Shown here: positions 16,732 through 26,287 of the stretch, piece by piece
How positions within the stretch are numbered: the stretch's first letter is position 1
Layout: each line of letters begins with the position of its first letter
Assembly (NCBI GenBank): GCA_944350145.1
Contig: CALVOC010000002.1
Coordinates: 1-39,344, forward strand
Source of the DNA: an uncultured Bacilli bacterium
Lineage (GTDB): Bacteria; Bacillota_I; Bacilli_A; RF39; UBA660
DNA: 39,344 nt
Direction: 5' to 3'
The notes under the pieces: model-generated
The model's database searches: none
What the model was told of the DNA's origin: nothing
The model's input: only the letters and a program-made list of their open reading frames with translations
Made by a program: the position numbers and the translations under genes

Positions 16732-18381
16732 ATGGTGGGGTTTTCATTGGAATATAAAGTTTTATATCGTAAGTATCGTCCTAATTGTTTTAAAAATATA
16801 GTTGGGCAAGATTATACTGTTAAGATGTTGCAAAATGCAATTATTCACAATAAAATTGCTCATTCTTATTTGTTTACTGGTCCAAGAGGAACAGGAAAGA
16901 CTAGTACTGCTAAAGTGTTTGCAAAAACTATTAATTGTCAAAATATTCAAAATGGGGAAGCTTGTGGTAAATGTGCCAGCTGTCTTGCATTTGAACAAAG
17001 CCCAGACATTATTGAAATTGATGCTGCTTCTAATAATGGAGTAGATGATATTCGAGAACTTATAAACAATGTAAAAATAGCTCCTACTGAAGGGAAGTAT
17101 AAGATTTATATCATTGATGAAGTTCATATGATGACTCCAAGTGCATTTAATGCTTTGTTATTAACCTTGGAGGAACCTCCAGCTCATGCGATTTTTATCA
17201 TGGCTACCACTAATGTAGAAAGTGTTCCAATAACTATTTTATCTCGTTGTCAAAGATTTAATTTTAAGAAATTTTCTATAGAAGATCTGACTAAGCAAAT
17301 TCGGTATGTTTGTGAGCAAGAATCGATTTCTATAACAGATGATGCGGTTTTAGAGATTGCATATTTATCAGAAGGTGGAATGCGTGATGCTTTAAGTTTG
17401 TTGGATCAGTTGTCTTCAAATGGGGAAGAAATTACTGTAGATAAAATTTTAACAAATTATGGATCAATTTCTATGAAATTTATACGTGATTTAATTCATA
17501 ATGTTGAAAATAAGGAAGTTTCTTTAGTGCATCAAGCATTGATTGAGTTACAAAATACTTCGTCTGACTATAAAATTTTTATAAAAAAAATGATTCAAGA
17601 GCTTTCAGAAATTGCTGTTTCTATTGTTTCTGGAACTTATGAAGGAAAATTTAGTTATGAACAAGTTAAGGATTTGATATTTAGTTTTAACGATTGTTTA
17701 AATAAGATTAATATTCATGTTAATCCGTTTGTTTTGATTGAAGTTATATTATTTGATTCATTTTCTGAAAAAAAGTCTAAAAATGTGGATAACTATTTAG
17801 AAAATGTGGATAAAATTTTAAATAAAGAAGAAAAAAATCAAAAAATTTTGGATAATGTTGCAGTTGTTTCTAATGAAGCTGAAGAAGTTTTGAGGGAATC
17901 TACTGAAAAAGAAGATGATTATTTAAATAAACTTATTCAAATTAGAGTGAATAACTGTTTTACTGAGGCTAAAAAAGATGCATTGCTTAAAATGCAAAGT
18001 TTTTGGAGTAAATTGATTCACGAGGATAAAATAAAGCCGACTATAAAGTCTCTAATATTAGATTCCAATGTCGTTGCTGCCTCAGATAATTATTGTATTT
18101 TAACTGCTAAGCTTGATAGTACAGTTCATTTGTTAAATAAAAGTTTAGAAGCTTTAACAGAAGAATTGCACTCTTATCTTAATGATACGATTTATTTTGT
18201 TGCTTTAAATGAGAAAGATTGGCAGTTTGAAAAGAAAGAATATGTGAAAAATATTAAAAATGGTCAAAAATATACTTTAATTTCTGAAGAGACTTTAGAA
18301 GATTTAAAACCAAAAGTTTATTCTGAGATTGAAGATATTGCCACAAATGTGTTTAATCATGATAAAATAGAGTTAGTTTAG
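16732..18381 (+). CDS. dnaX: DNA polymerase III subunit tau/gamma DnaX
   Basis: Contains YRKYRP, Walker A GPRGTGKTS, a zinc module CGKCASC, Walker B IIDEVHM and SRCQRF. The true start may be TTG 16747 (GGTGGGG 6 nt upstream) rather than ATG 16732. Confidence 0.93.
   Translation: MVGFSLEYKVLYRKYRPNCFKNIVGQDYTVKMLQNAIIHNKIAHSYLFTGPRGTGKTSTAKVFAKTINCQNIQNGEACGKCASCLAFEQSPDIIEIDAASNNGVDDIRELINNVKIAPTEGKYKIYIIDEVHMMTPSAFNALLLTLEEPPAHAIFIMATTNVESVPITILSRCQRFNFKKFSIEDLTKQIRYVCEQESISITDDAVLEIAYLSEGGMRDALSLLDQLSSNGEEITVDKILTNYGSISMKFIRDLIHNVENKEVSLVHQALIELQNTSSDYKIFIKKMIQELSEIAVSIVSGTYEGKFSYEQVKDLIFSFNDCLNKINIHVNPFVLIEVILFDSFSEKKSKNVDNYLENVDKILNKEEKNQKILDNVAVVSNEAEEVLRESTEKEDDYLNKLIQIRVNNCFTEAKKDALLKMQSFWSKLIHEDKIKPTIKSLILDSNVVAASDNYCILTAKLDSTVHLLNKSLEALTEELHSYLNDTIYFVALNEKDWQFEKKEYVKNIKNGQKYTLISEETLEDLKPKVYSEIEDIATNVFNHDKIELV
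17784..17813 (+). promoter_or_regulatory. Two perfect DnaA boxes (TGTGGATAA at 17784-17792 and 17805-17813) inside the dnaX CDS
   Basis: Read directly. Same orientation with a 21-bp start-to-start spacing. They encode N-V-D-N and N-V-D-K in the variable linker of DnaX. Confidence 0.5.
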
Positions 18382-18397
18382 AAAAGAGGAAAAAAAT

Positions 18398-18694
18398 ATG
18401 AATATGCAAAGTATAATGGCTCAAGCACAAAGAATGCAAAGAGATTTACAAAAGAAAAAAGATGAAATTAATGCTCAATTATTTCCTGGGAAATATGAAT
18501 TTGTTGAAGTTACCTTGAATGGAAAAAAGGAAATGGTTCGTTGTAAGATTAATAAAGAATCAATTGATGCTTCAGATATGGAATTATTAGAAGATTTTAT
18601 TGTTTTGGCTACGAAAGATGCTATTCAAAAAATTGACAAAGAGTTTCAAGCTAAAATGGGTCAATACGCAGGAATGCTTGACGGTTTGATGTAA
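18398..18694 (+). CDS. ybaB: Nucleoid-associated protein YbaB/EbfC (YaaK)
   Basis: 98-aa ORF between dnaX and recF's partner recR, starting MNMQSIMAQAQRMQRDLQKKKDE, which is typical of the family. Confidence 0.9.
   Translation: MNMQSIMAQAQRMQRDLQKKKDEINAQLFPGKYEFVEVTLNGKKEMVRCKINKESIDASDMELLEDFIVLATKDAIQKIDKEFQAKMGQYAGMLDGLM
18480..18495. promoter_or_regulatory. NBS-like palindrome TATTTCCTGGGAAATA (15/16) inside ybaB
   Basis: Read directly. It encodes L-F-P-G-K-Y. Confidence 0.4.
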
Positions 18695-18695
18695 T

Positions 18696-19301
18696 ATGGG
18701 AGTTTATCCAAAAAATTTTGAAGCTTTAGTTGAGTCTTTAAAAAAACTGCCTGGAATAGGTGAAAAGAGTGCTGAAAGAATGGCTTTGGCTGTTTTGGAC
18801 ATGCCTACTGAAGATGTTTCTATAATGAGCAATGCTTTAGTGGAAGCAAAAAAGACTTTACATCCTTGTTCTATTTGTGGAAATTTAACAGATCAAGATG
18901 TATGTAATATTTGTTCGAATGAAGCAAGAGATAAAAATTTAATTTGTGTTGTTGAGGATTATAAAAGTGCTTTTGCTTTTGAAAAAGTTGGAAATTTTAA
19001 AGGAGTTTACCATGTGTTAAATGGATTAATTTCTCCTATGTTAAATATTGGTGTAGATGATATTAATTTGGCTTCTTTAATAAAGAGAGTTTCGGAGTTA
19101 GAGCATCCAGAACTTATTTTAGCTTTAAGAAGTTCGATTGAAGGTCAAACTACAACTTCATATATTAAAAAAATTTTTGAAAATCAAAATGTTACCATTA
19201 GTCGTTTGGCTTATGGTATTCCTATGGGAGCTGAGATTGAATATTTGGATATGTTAACTCTAGATAAGGCATTGTTTGATCGCAAAATTATTTCGGAATA
19301 A
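18696..19301 (+). CDS. recR: Recombination protein RecR
   Basis: 201-aa ORF with an HhH motif (LPGIGEKSAERMA), a C4 zinc finger (CSICGNLTDQDVCNIC) and a Toprim domain. Confidence 0.95.
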   Translation: MGVYPKNFEALVESLKKLPGIGEKSAERMALAVLDMPTEDVSIMSNALVEAKKTLHPCSICGNLTDQDVCNICSNEARDKNLICVVEDYKSAFAFEKVGNFKGVYHVLNGLISPMLNIGVDDINLASLIKRVSELEHPELILALRSSIEGQTTTSYIKKIFENQNVTISRLAYGIPMGAEIEYLDMLTLDKALFDRKIISE

Positions 19302-19341
19302 AAATCCGATTTTTTTCATATCTTTTAATAGAGGGAATTCT

Positions 19342-19530
19342 ATGATAAAGAAAATATCTGCTATTTTGAAAAAAGTTGTGTTTGCTTTTTTATTATTATA
19401 TGGTTTAAATTATTTTATTTCTTCTTTACATATTTATATTCCAATTAATGTTATTACCGTTGGTATTGTCAGTTTTCTTGGAGTTCCAGGGCTTTCTTCT
19501 TTAATTATTTTGTATTTTATAGTAAAATAA
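19342..19530 (+). CDS. bofA: Pro-sigma-K processing inhibitor BofA-like small membrane protein
   Basis: Internal ATG 19342 with an AGAGGGA RBS. SLHIYIPINVITVGIVSFLGVPGLSSLIILYFIV resembles B. subtilis BofA SLGIHVPINLVTTAISGILGIPGIAALVVIKQFII. Same position after recR as in Bacillus. Confidence 0.7.
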   Translation: MIKKISAILKKVVFAFLLLYGLNYFISSLHIYIPINVITVGIVSFLGVPGLSSLIILYFIVK

Positions 19531-19536
19531 CTTTAG

Positions 19537-20394
19537 GTGAGGAATGTGAATAACAATATTTTTCAGGAATTAATTCAAGCATATCGTGAGAATAAACTAG
19601 CTCATGCTTTTTTGATTGAAACAAATGATAAAGAAAAAAGTTATCATTCTTTACTTCAATTTTTAAAAATTCTTAATTGTCCTGATGAATATAAAGAAGG
19701 CTGTTCAAACTGTAATTTATGTCATTTAATTGATACAAATTCTTTACCTAGTTTACTCACGGTTTATCCAGACGGTATAAATATAAAAAAAGAACAAATT
19801 TTAGAAGTAAAACGTGCTTTTCAGACGAAACCGGTTTTTTCTAAATATAATATGTATATTATTATGGATGCGGAAAATTTAAATTCTTCTAGTGCAAATA
19901 CTATGTTAAAATTTTTAGAGGAACCAGAAGATTCAATTATTGGCTTTTTTATTACTAACAATAAAGAAAACGTAATCGATACAATTAAAAGTCGATGCCA
20001 AATATTATTAGATTATTATAATGTCGATGTTTCAATGCAAATTCCTTCTGCTTTGAAAGAGTTAGCTATTTCATATGTTAAAGAAATTGAAACCTCAAAA
20101 ATGGAAACAATTTTGTATAATAGAGATATTCTTCTTCCTGAGATAAAGGATAAAAAAACTTTATTTTATTTATTTGAATCTTTATTGGATATTTATAGAA
20201 ATTTGTTTTTTACTGTACAAAATCTTGAAGAATTGAAGGGCGAATATAAAGAGTTTAAATATTTGTTGAAAAAAGATGTAAAATATTTTGAAAGAAAAGT
20301 AGATTTAATTATGGAAATTTTGGATGAAATTAATTATAATTTAAATATTTCTTTGGTTTTGGATCGATTTGTATTAGAAGGTGGTGATTCATAG
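19537..20394 (+). CDS. holB: DNA polymerase III delta-prime subunit HolB
   Basis: Contains LAHAFLIE, a zinc-module-like CSNCNLCHLI, LKFLEEP and SRCQ. The probable start is GTG 19546, downstream of AGGTGAGG. Confidence 0.85.
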   Translation: MRNVNNNIFQELIQAYRENKLAHAFLIETNDKEKSYHSLLQFLKILNCPDEYKEGCSNCNLCHLIDTNSLPSLLTVYPDGINIKKEQILEVKRAFQTKPVFSKYNMYIIMDAENLNSSSANTMLKFLEEPEDSIIGFFITNNKENVIDTIKSRCQILLDYYNVDVSMQIPSALKELAISYVKEIETSKMETILYNRDILLPEIKDKKTLFYLFESLLDIYRNLFFTVQNLEELKGEYKEFKYLLKKDVKYFERKVDLIMEILDEINYNLNISLVLDRFVLEGGDS

Positions 20395-21182
20395 TGAATA
20401 TTTATGGTGTTGTTTTTCGAGATCGTGGAAAGATTTATTATTTTAATGGTGAGAATAAAAGAATTCCTAATCGAGTTACAGTTATAGTTGAAACTGAAAA
20501 AGGTGAACAATTTGGACGAGTTGTTTCTAGATTAAGCAAAGAAAAAGTTTTGAGTTATGAAGGAGAAATGAAAAAGATTCTTCGGATTGCAACCAAAAAA
20601 GATTATGAACACTATTTGACAAATTTAAAAGATGCTGAGGAAGCACTAAAAAAAGCTCGTTTGTTTAGTAAAGAATTGGGATTAACTATGAATTTTATTG
20701 ATGCTAATTTCACTTTTGATCGTAAACAATTGTTGTTTAATTTTTTTGCAGATGAAAGGGTAGATTTTCGTGAATTGGCCAAGAAACTAGCTAGTATTTA
20801 TCATACTCGAATTGAATTAAGGCAAGTTGGAGCTCGTGATAAAGCTGAGCATATTGGTGGAATAGGTATATGTGGCCGTAATCTTTGCTGTGCTAGTTGT
20901 CTAACTCATTTAGAATCTGTTACTATGAATATGGCTAAAAATCAAAATTTAGCTTTAAATCCTTCTAAAATAAACGGAGCCTGTGGTCGATTGTTGTGTT
21001 GTTTAGCATATGAAGATACAGAATATTTACGATGTTCTAAAGGAATGCCAAGTGTCGGTCAAGAAATAGAAACTTCATTTGGAAAAGGAAAAGTAGTAAG
21101 TATTGACATTTTAAATCGAAAGTATAAAATTTTAGTTCAAGATGAGGTAAAGGAGATTTATTTAGATGAAAAAGCAACTTAA
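20394..21182 (+). CDS. ricT: PSP1-domain protein RicT (YaaT)
   Basis: 262-aa ORF with a PSP1 C-terminal region and cysteine cluster (CGRNLCCASCL, CGRLLCCLAYE). Follows holB as in Bacillus. Confidence 0.85.
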   Translation: MNIYGVVFRDRGKIYYFNGENKRIPNRVTVIVETEKGEQFGRVVSRLSKEKVLSYEGEMKKILRIATKKDYEHYLTNLKDAEEALKKARLFSKELGLTMNFIDANFTFDRKQLLFNFFADERVDFRELAKKLASIYHTRIELRQVGARDKAEHIGGIGICGRNLCCASCLTHLESVTMNMAKNQNLALNPSKINGACGRLLCCLAYEDTEYLRCSKGMPSVGQEIETSFGKGKVVSIDILNRKYKILVQDEVKEIYLDEKAT

Positions 21183-21876
21183 TTGGTTGTTTGATTATCC
21201 CAATCTAAAAATATATCAATATGAAGAAGGTTTTAAATTTTCTTTAGATTCTATTTTATTAGCTGAATTTGCCGAAATAAGAAAAAATGATAACAAAATA
21301 TTAGATTTATGTACGGGTAATGCTGTTATTCCTATTATTTTAAATTATAAATATCATAAGTCTATTATTGCGGTCGAAGTTCAGCCACAAATTGTAGAGC
21401 TTGCTAAGGCTTCAATTTATGAAAATCATATGGAAAATGCTATTCAAATAGTAGAAAAAAATGTGTTGGAATTGGAAAATTATTTCCCGGGAAATAATTT
21501 TGATGTTCTTTTATCAAATCCACCATATTTTAAATTTCATCATGAAGATTTTTTAAATCATAACAAATTAAAACAAATTGCCCGTCATGAAGTTTTAATT
21601 GATTTAGAATCTTTAATTCGGATTGCTTCTATTTTATTGAAAACTAAAGGAAGATTTTATTTGGTTCATATTCCAAATCGTTTGGATGAAATAATTGTTT
21701 TTGCACATAAATATCATTTTGGCATAAAAAAGGTTCAATTTATCCATTCTAAAATGGAAGAATCTCCAATTATTGTTTTAGTATGTTTAGTTAAAAATGG
21801 TAAATTTGGGTGTATTGTTAAACCTCCTATTTCAATAAATGGTTTAGAAACGTATCAAAATTTATTTAAGAATTGA
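21166..21876 (+). CDS. tRNA1(Val) (adenine37-N6)-methyltransferase-like (YabB/TrmN6 family)
   Basis: N6-adenine methyltransferase motif LSNPPYF and a SAM-binding region ILDLCTGNAV. The position is equivalent to yabB. Confidence 0.8.
   Translation: MKKQLNWLFDYPNLKIYQYEEGFKFSLDSILLAEFAEIRKNDNKILDLCTGNAVIPIILNYKYHKSIIAVEVQPQIVELAKASIYENHMENAIQIVEKNVLELENYFPGNNFDVLLSNPPYFKFHHEDFLNHNKLKQIARHEVLIDLESLIRIASILLKTKGRFYLVHIPNRLDEIIVFAHKYHFGIKKVQFIHSKMEESPIIVLVCLVKNGKFGCIVKPPISINGLETYQNLFKN
21481..21496. promoter_or_regulatory. NBS-like palindrome TATTTCCCGGGAAATA (perfect) inside the methyltransferase CDS
   Basis: Read directly. It encodes Y-F-P-G-N. Confidence 0.55.
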
Positions 21877-21888
21877 GGAATGTAGTAT

Positions 21889-22434
21889 ATGAAAATGATT
21901 GTTGGTTTAGGAAATCCTGGAAAAGAATACGAAAATACACGTCATAATATAGGATTTATGGTTTTGGATTCTTTTGTAACGGATTTTAAAATAGAAAAAA
22001 AATTTCAAGCTATGGTTAAAAAAGAAAAAATTAAAACAGAAGATGTATTGTATGTTAAACCTTTAACTTATATGAATTTAAGTGGTATTGCAGTTTCTAA
22101 AATTGCTGGTTATTATCATATAGCTGCTGAAGATATTTTGGTTATTCAAGATGATTTAGATTTGCCATTTGGAAAGTATCGCTTGAAAGTTCATAGTAGT
22201 TCCGGTGGGCATAATGGGATAAAGTCTATTATTTCTTCTTTGAATACAGATCAATTTTCAAGACTAAAAATTGGAATATCTTCACCTTCTAGTGTTTCCG
22301 TAGTTGATTACGTATTAGGTAAGTTTTCTAAAAGTGATTTGGATTTTTTACGAGATCATTTTTCTATTTACCAAGAAATTATTGAGTGCTTTGTTTTAGA
22401 GGGAATTTCTAAAACGATGAATAAATTTAATTGA
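21889..22434 (+). CDS. pth: Peptidyl-tRNA hydrolase
   Basis: Contains GLGNPGKEYENTRHNIGF and GGHNGIKSI. Confidence 0.95.
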   Translation: MKMIVGLGNPGKEYENTRHNIGFMVLDSFVTDFKIEKKFQAMVKKEKIKTEDVLYVKPLTYMNLSGIAVSKIAGYYHIAAEDILVIQDDLDLPFGKYRLKVHSSSGGHNGIKSIISSLNTDQFSRLKIGISSPSSVSVVDYVLGKFSKSDLDFLRDHFSIYQEIIECFVLEGISKTMNKFN

Positions 22435-22444
22435 AGGAGGACTT

Positions 22445-25400
22445 ATGCAAATGTTTGACAAGTTTTCTTTTGAAGATCAAGTGATTATTGAAGGACTAAC
22501 GAATGAGTTATCCGTTTTTTACGTGCTTGAAGCTTTTAAAAAAGAAGGAAAAAATATTATTGTTTTAACAAGTAATCTTTATAAAGCTAATCAATTGTTT
22601 CGTTCTTTAGAAACGTATACTGATCAAGTTTTATTGTTTCCTATGGATGATTTTTTTACTTCTGTGGCTATTGCTGTTTCTCCAGAATTGAAGTTAAAAC
22701 GTCTTGAGACTTTAGAAAAATTAAAAAGTGGTAAACATATTTTGGTAACAAACTTAATGGGATATTTACATTTTTTGCCTAATCAACAAGAGCAAAATTC
22801 TTTAGAAATTGTATTAGAAAAGCAAATGAATATTTCTAGAGATCAAGTTGTTTCTACATTAGAATCCTTGGGTTATCAAAGAGAATCCATGGTTACTTCT
22901 ACCGGGGAATATGCAGTTCGTGGTTTTATTGTAGATGTCTTTTTTAATCAAGAGGATCATCCAGTACGTATTGAATTTTTTGGCGATGAAATCGATTCTA
23001 TTCGTTATTTTGATGAAGAGACTCAATTGTCTTTAAAAGAAATTCAACATATTAAATGTCAAGCAAATGAGGAAATATCTTCTTTGAATCCAAATTCTTT
23101 ATTAGATTATATGCCTGATTCTATCCTTATTTCTTTTGATCAAGAGCAGATAGATATTGCTTATCAAAAACTTATAGAAGAAATGCTTCATTTTAATGAA
23201 GAATCCGCGACTGTAGGAAAGAAACATTTTTGGTATTTGGAAGATTTAAGACCTTTAAAAAATATCTTTATTAATCAAGTTACTAATACTTTACAAAATA
23301 AAAAGATTTTAAAATTTTCGACTCAAGAAATCGATAATTTTCGAAGTGATTTTACAAAACTTCATGAAACTGTTCAAGGTTATATAAATAAAGGAAAGAC
23401 AGTTGTTTTTGCTCTTTCTAAAGATAGTGAAATAAAAGTTATAAAAGAACTATTTCAAGACGTACTTCTAATTTCTGATTTTCATTTGGAAAAAAATCGT
23501 ATTCATATTTTAAAAACCAAAATTAATAAAGGCTTTATTTGGGATGATATTGTGGTTATTTCTGAGTATGATATTGAAGAAATAAAACAAGAGGTTACAT
23601 ATAAAAATCCTATACGTATTGGGAAAAAAATTCATGGTATAGATGCTTTATCTTTAGGGGATTATGTTGTTCATAGGACTTATGGAATAGGAGTGTATAA
23701 TGGTGTTGTAACTTTAACGAATCATGGTGTTAAAAAAGATTACATTCAAATTTCCTATTTAGGAAATGATAAAGTATATATTCCTGTAGAAAAAATTTCA
23801 ACTATTTATAAATATAGTGATAAAGATGGCCTAAAACCTCAAATAAATAAGCTTGGATCTACTTCATGGCTTAAGAAAAAACAATCAATACAAAAAAGAA
23901 TTCATGATATTTCGAAAGAATTAATTTCTTTGTATGCTAAAAGAAATCAAGTTGTCGGGGTAGCTTATCATGATTATCCTGAAGAAAATCTTTTTGCAAA
24001 AAGTTTTCCGTATGAAGAAACTCGTGATCAAACTAGAGCTATTCGAGATATTTTTCATGATTTGGATTCAACTGTACCTATGGATCGGTTGTTATGTGGA
24101 GATGTTGGTTTTGGAAAGACTGAAGTGGCTTTTCGGGCTATGTTTAAGACGGTTTGTAATAATTTTCAAGTTATGTATTTGTGTCCAACAACAATTCTAT
24201 CTAAGCAACAGTATGAATCTGCATTCGAAAGATTTAAAGATTATCCGATAGAAATTGCTTTATTAAATCGTTTTACTACACCTAAAGAAGTTAAAAGAAT
24301 TTTGGAAGATTTAAAGTCTGGAAAAATAGATATGGTTTTTGGAACTCATCGTTTACTTAGTAATGATGTTAAATTTAAACGTTTGGGATTATTGGTAGTA
24401 GATGAGGAGCAACGTTTTGGAGTTACTCATAAAGAAAAAATTAAGGAATTTAAAAATGATGTAAATGTTTTAACATTATCTGCCACTCCTATACCGAGAA
24501 CTTTAAAAATGGCTTTATCTGGTCTTCGGGATTTATCTATAATTGATACACCTCCAGTAAACCGTTATCCAGTACAAACTTATGTTGTATCTGAAAGTGA
24601 TTTGTTAGTTAAAGATGCGATTTATAAGGAATTAGCTCGTGATGGTCAAATTTTTGTATTATATAATCGAATTGAGACGATTGAAGAAATGTTATCTCGT
24701 TTAAAAAGACTTGTTCCTGAAGCAAAGATTCGATATGCACATGGGAGAATGAATAAACAAGAATTGGATCATATTATGGAAGATTTTGTGGATCATCAAT
24801 TTGATATTTTGCTAAGTACTACTATTATAGAAACAGGTATAGATATTCCAAATGCCAATACTTTAATTATTTATGATGCGGATTACTTCGGTTTAAGTCA
24901 ATTATATCAATTGCGGGGGCGTGTTGGGCGAAGCAATAAAATTGCTTATGCTTATTTACTTTATCAAAAAAATAAAATGTTAAATGATATTGCTGTTAAA
25001 CGTTTACAGGCTATTCGAGATTTTACGGAACTTGGAAGTGGTTATAAAATCGCGATGAGAGATTTATCTATTCGTGGAGCTGGAGATATTTTAGGAAGTG
25101 AACAAGCTGGTTTTGTTGATTCAGTTGGAATTAGTCTTTATATGAAGATGATTGAAGAAGAAATGAAACGTTTAAAAGGTGAGGAAGTAGTAGAAGAAGA
25201 TACTAAAGAATCTTTAATTAATGTTGAAACTCATATAGATCAAAATTATGTAGAAGATGAGTCTGTTCGTATTGAAATTCATCAAATGATTAATGAAATT
25301 GATTCTTATGAGAAAATGGAAGAAATTAAAAAGCAAATTGTGGATCGTTTCGGAAATATTTCGCCAGCAATGGAGGTTTATATGTATGAAGAATGGTTTG

Positions 25401-25660
25401 AGAAACTTGCTGAACGTTTAAAAATCACGGATGTTAAGCAAACAGATCGTTTTATTTCAATTTCTCTTCCACCCGATATTTCTTCAAAAGTTAAAGGGGA
25501 TAAACTTTTCTTAGAAACTTATAATATTAATCCTAAATTTCAATTAAAATATGAAAATCATAAAATTGTTATAAGTTTAAATCTTTTAGGGTTAAAACAT
25601 CATTTTATTTATGATGTTGTTCGATTAATTCAATTGATTGCTACGGATTTAGAAGTATAA
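22445..25660 (+). CDS. mfd: Transcription-repair coupling factor Mfd
   Basis: 1071-aa ORF with a CarD/TRCF RNAP-interacting region (YVVHRTYGIGVYNG), SF2 helicase motifs (GDVGFGKTEVA, DEEQRFG) and a TRG-type C-terminal part. Confidence 0.95.
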   Translation: MQMFDKFSFEDQVIIEGLTNELSVFYVLEAFKKEGKNIIVLTSNLYKANQLFRSLETYTDQVLLFPMDDFFTSVAIAVSPELKLKRLETLEKLKSGKHILVTNLMGYLHFLPNQQEQNSLEIVLEKQMNISRDQVVSTLESLGYQRESMVTSTGEYAVRGFIVDVFFNQEDHPVRIEFFGDEIDSIRYFDEETQLSLKEIQHIKCQANEEISSLNPNSLLDYMPDSILISFDQEQIDIAYQKLIEEMLHFNEESATVGKKHFWYLEDLRPLKNIFINQVTNTLQNKKILKFSTQEIDNFRSDFTKLHETVQGYINKGKTVVFALSKDSEIKVIKELFQDVLLISDFHLEKNRIHILKTKINKGFIWDDIVVISEYDIEEIKQEVTYKNPIRIGKKIHGIDALSLGDYVVHRTYGIGVYNGVVTLTNHGVKKDYIQISYLGNDKVYIPVEKISTIYKYSDKDGLKPQINKLGSTSWLKKKQSIQKRIHDISKELISLYAKRNQVVGVAYHDYPEENLFAKSFPYEETRDQTRAIRDIFHDLDSTVPMDRLLCGDVGFGKTEVAFRAMFKTVCNNFQVMYLCPTTILSKQQYESAFERFKDYPIEIALLNRFTTPKEVKRILEDLKSGKIDMVFGTHRLLSNDVKFKRLGLLVVDEEQRFGVTHKEKIKEFKNDVNVLTLSATPIPRTLKMALSGLRDLSIIDTPPVNRYPVQTYVVSESDLLVKDAIYKELARDGQIFVLYNRIETIEEMLSRLKRLVPEAKIRYAHGRMNKQELDHIMEDFVDHQFDILLSTTIIETGIDIPNANTLIIYDADYFGLSQLYQLRGRVGRSNKIAYAYLLYQKNKMLNDIAVKRLQAIRDFTELGSGYKIAMRDLSIRGAGDILGSEQAGFVDSVGISLYMKMIEEEMKRLKGEEVVEEDTKESLINVETHIDQNYVEDESVRIEIHQMINEIDSYEKMEEIKKQIVDRFGNISPAMEVYMYEEWFEKLAERLKITDVKQTDRFISISLPPDISSKVKGDKLFLETYNINPKFQLKYENHKIVISLNLLGLKHHFIYDVVRLIQLIATDLEV

Positions 25661-25692
25661 TTTTTTCAAATCTTCTCAAACTATTTTATAGA

Positions 25693-26223
25693 TTGGAGTG
25701 GATTTTTGAAGTGAAGGATACAGGTGTTATTCGTAAAATTGATGAGTTAGGAAGAATTGTGATTCCTAAAGAGATAAGAAGAACTTTAGGTATACGAGAT
25801 GGTGAAAATTTAGAAATTTTCGTTTCTTCTAATGGAATATGTTTGCAAAAACATTCTCGACTTTTAAATTATCAAGAATTAGCAAATAAATTATGTGAAA
25901 TCGCCTATGATATAATGAATTATTCTATTTTAATTTTTGATCGAGAACAAGTTATTGCGGCTTTTAAAAATGAATTTAAACATATATTATTAAATACTAA
26001 ATTATTAAAATTTTTAGAAAATAGGGAAACTTATGAGTCTGTTTATAAAGAAAACATTTTAAGTGAAATTGAAGAAAGTTATTATTATGTGATTCCTTTA
26101 ATTGTTTCTACAGATGTAGTGGGAGTGTTGGTTTTATTTTCTTCTCAACCTATTACAGAGGAACAGAAAAAATTTTTGAACTTTATTAATAAGCTGCTTA
26201 TTAATAAAATCGACATTTTGTAG
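25693..26223 (+). CDS. spoVT: Stage V sporulation protein T (AbrB-type SpoVT domain plus GAF-like C-terminus)
   Basis: GVIRKIDELGRIVIPKEIRRTLGIRDGENLEIF matches the SpoVT/AbrB swapped-hairpin domain. The length of about 176 aa fits SpoVT rather than AbrB. The likely start is GTG 25711, since B. subtilis SpoVT starts MKATGIVRRIDDLGR. Confidence 0.85.
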   Translation: MEWIFEVKDTGVIRKIDELGRIVIPKEIRRTLGIRDGENLEIFVSSNGICLQKHSRLLNYQELANKLCEIAYDIMNYSILIFDREQVIAAFKNEFKHILLNTKLLKFLENRETYESVYKENILSEIEESYYYVIPLIVSTDVVGVLVLFSSQPITEEQKKFLNFINKLLINKIDIL

Positions 26224-26254
26224 ACATTTTTTGAGAATGAGACTTTTCCCATTG

Positions 26255-26282
26255 TTGACTTTTAAAAAAACTATGTTAAAAT
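26255..26282 (+). promoter_or_regulatory. Promoter of the metG leader (TTGACT, 16-bp spacer, extended -10 TGTTAAAAT)
   Basis: -35 TTGACT at 26255-26260, TG at 26274-26275 and -10 TAAAAT at 26277-26282. Confidence 0.6.
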
Positions 26283-26287
26283 ATCAT

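Noticed and set aside
17581-17592. A-AAA-AAA slippery heptamer in dnaX (ATA AAA AAA ATG) as a possible programmed -1 frameshift producing a gamma subunit
   Set aside because: It lies too early, at about residue 284 inside the ATPase/collar region. The -1 frame continues for about 19 codons rather than stopping promptly. I saw no downstream stem-loop, and A-runs are common in this genome.
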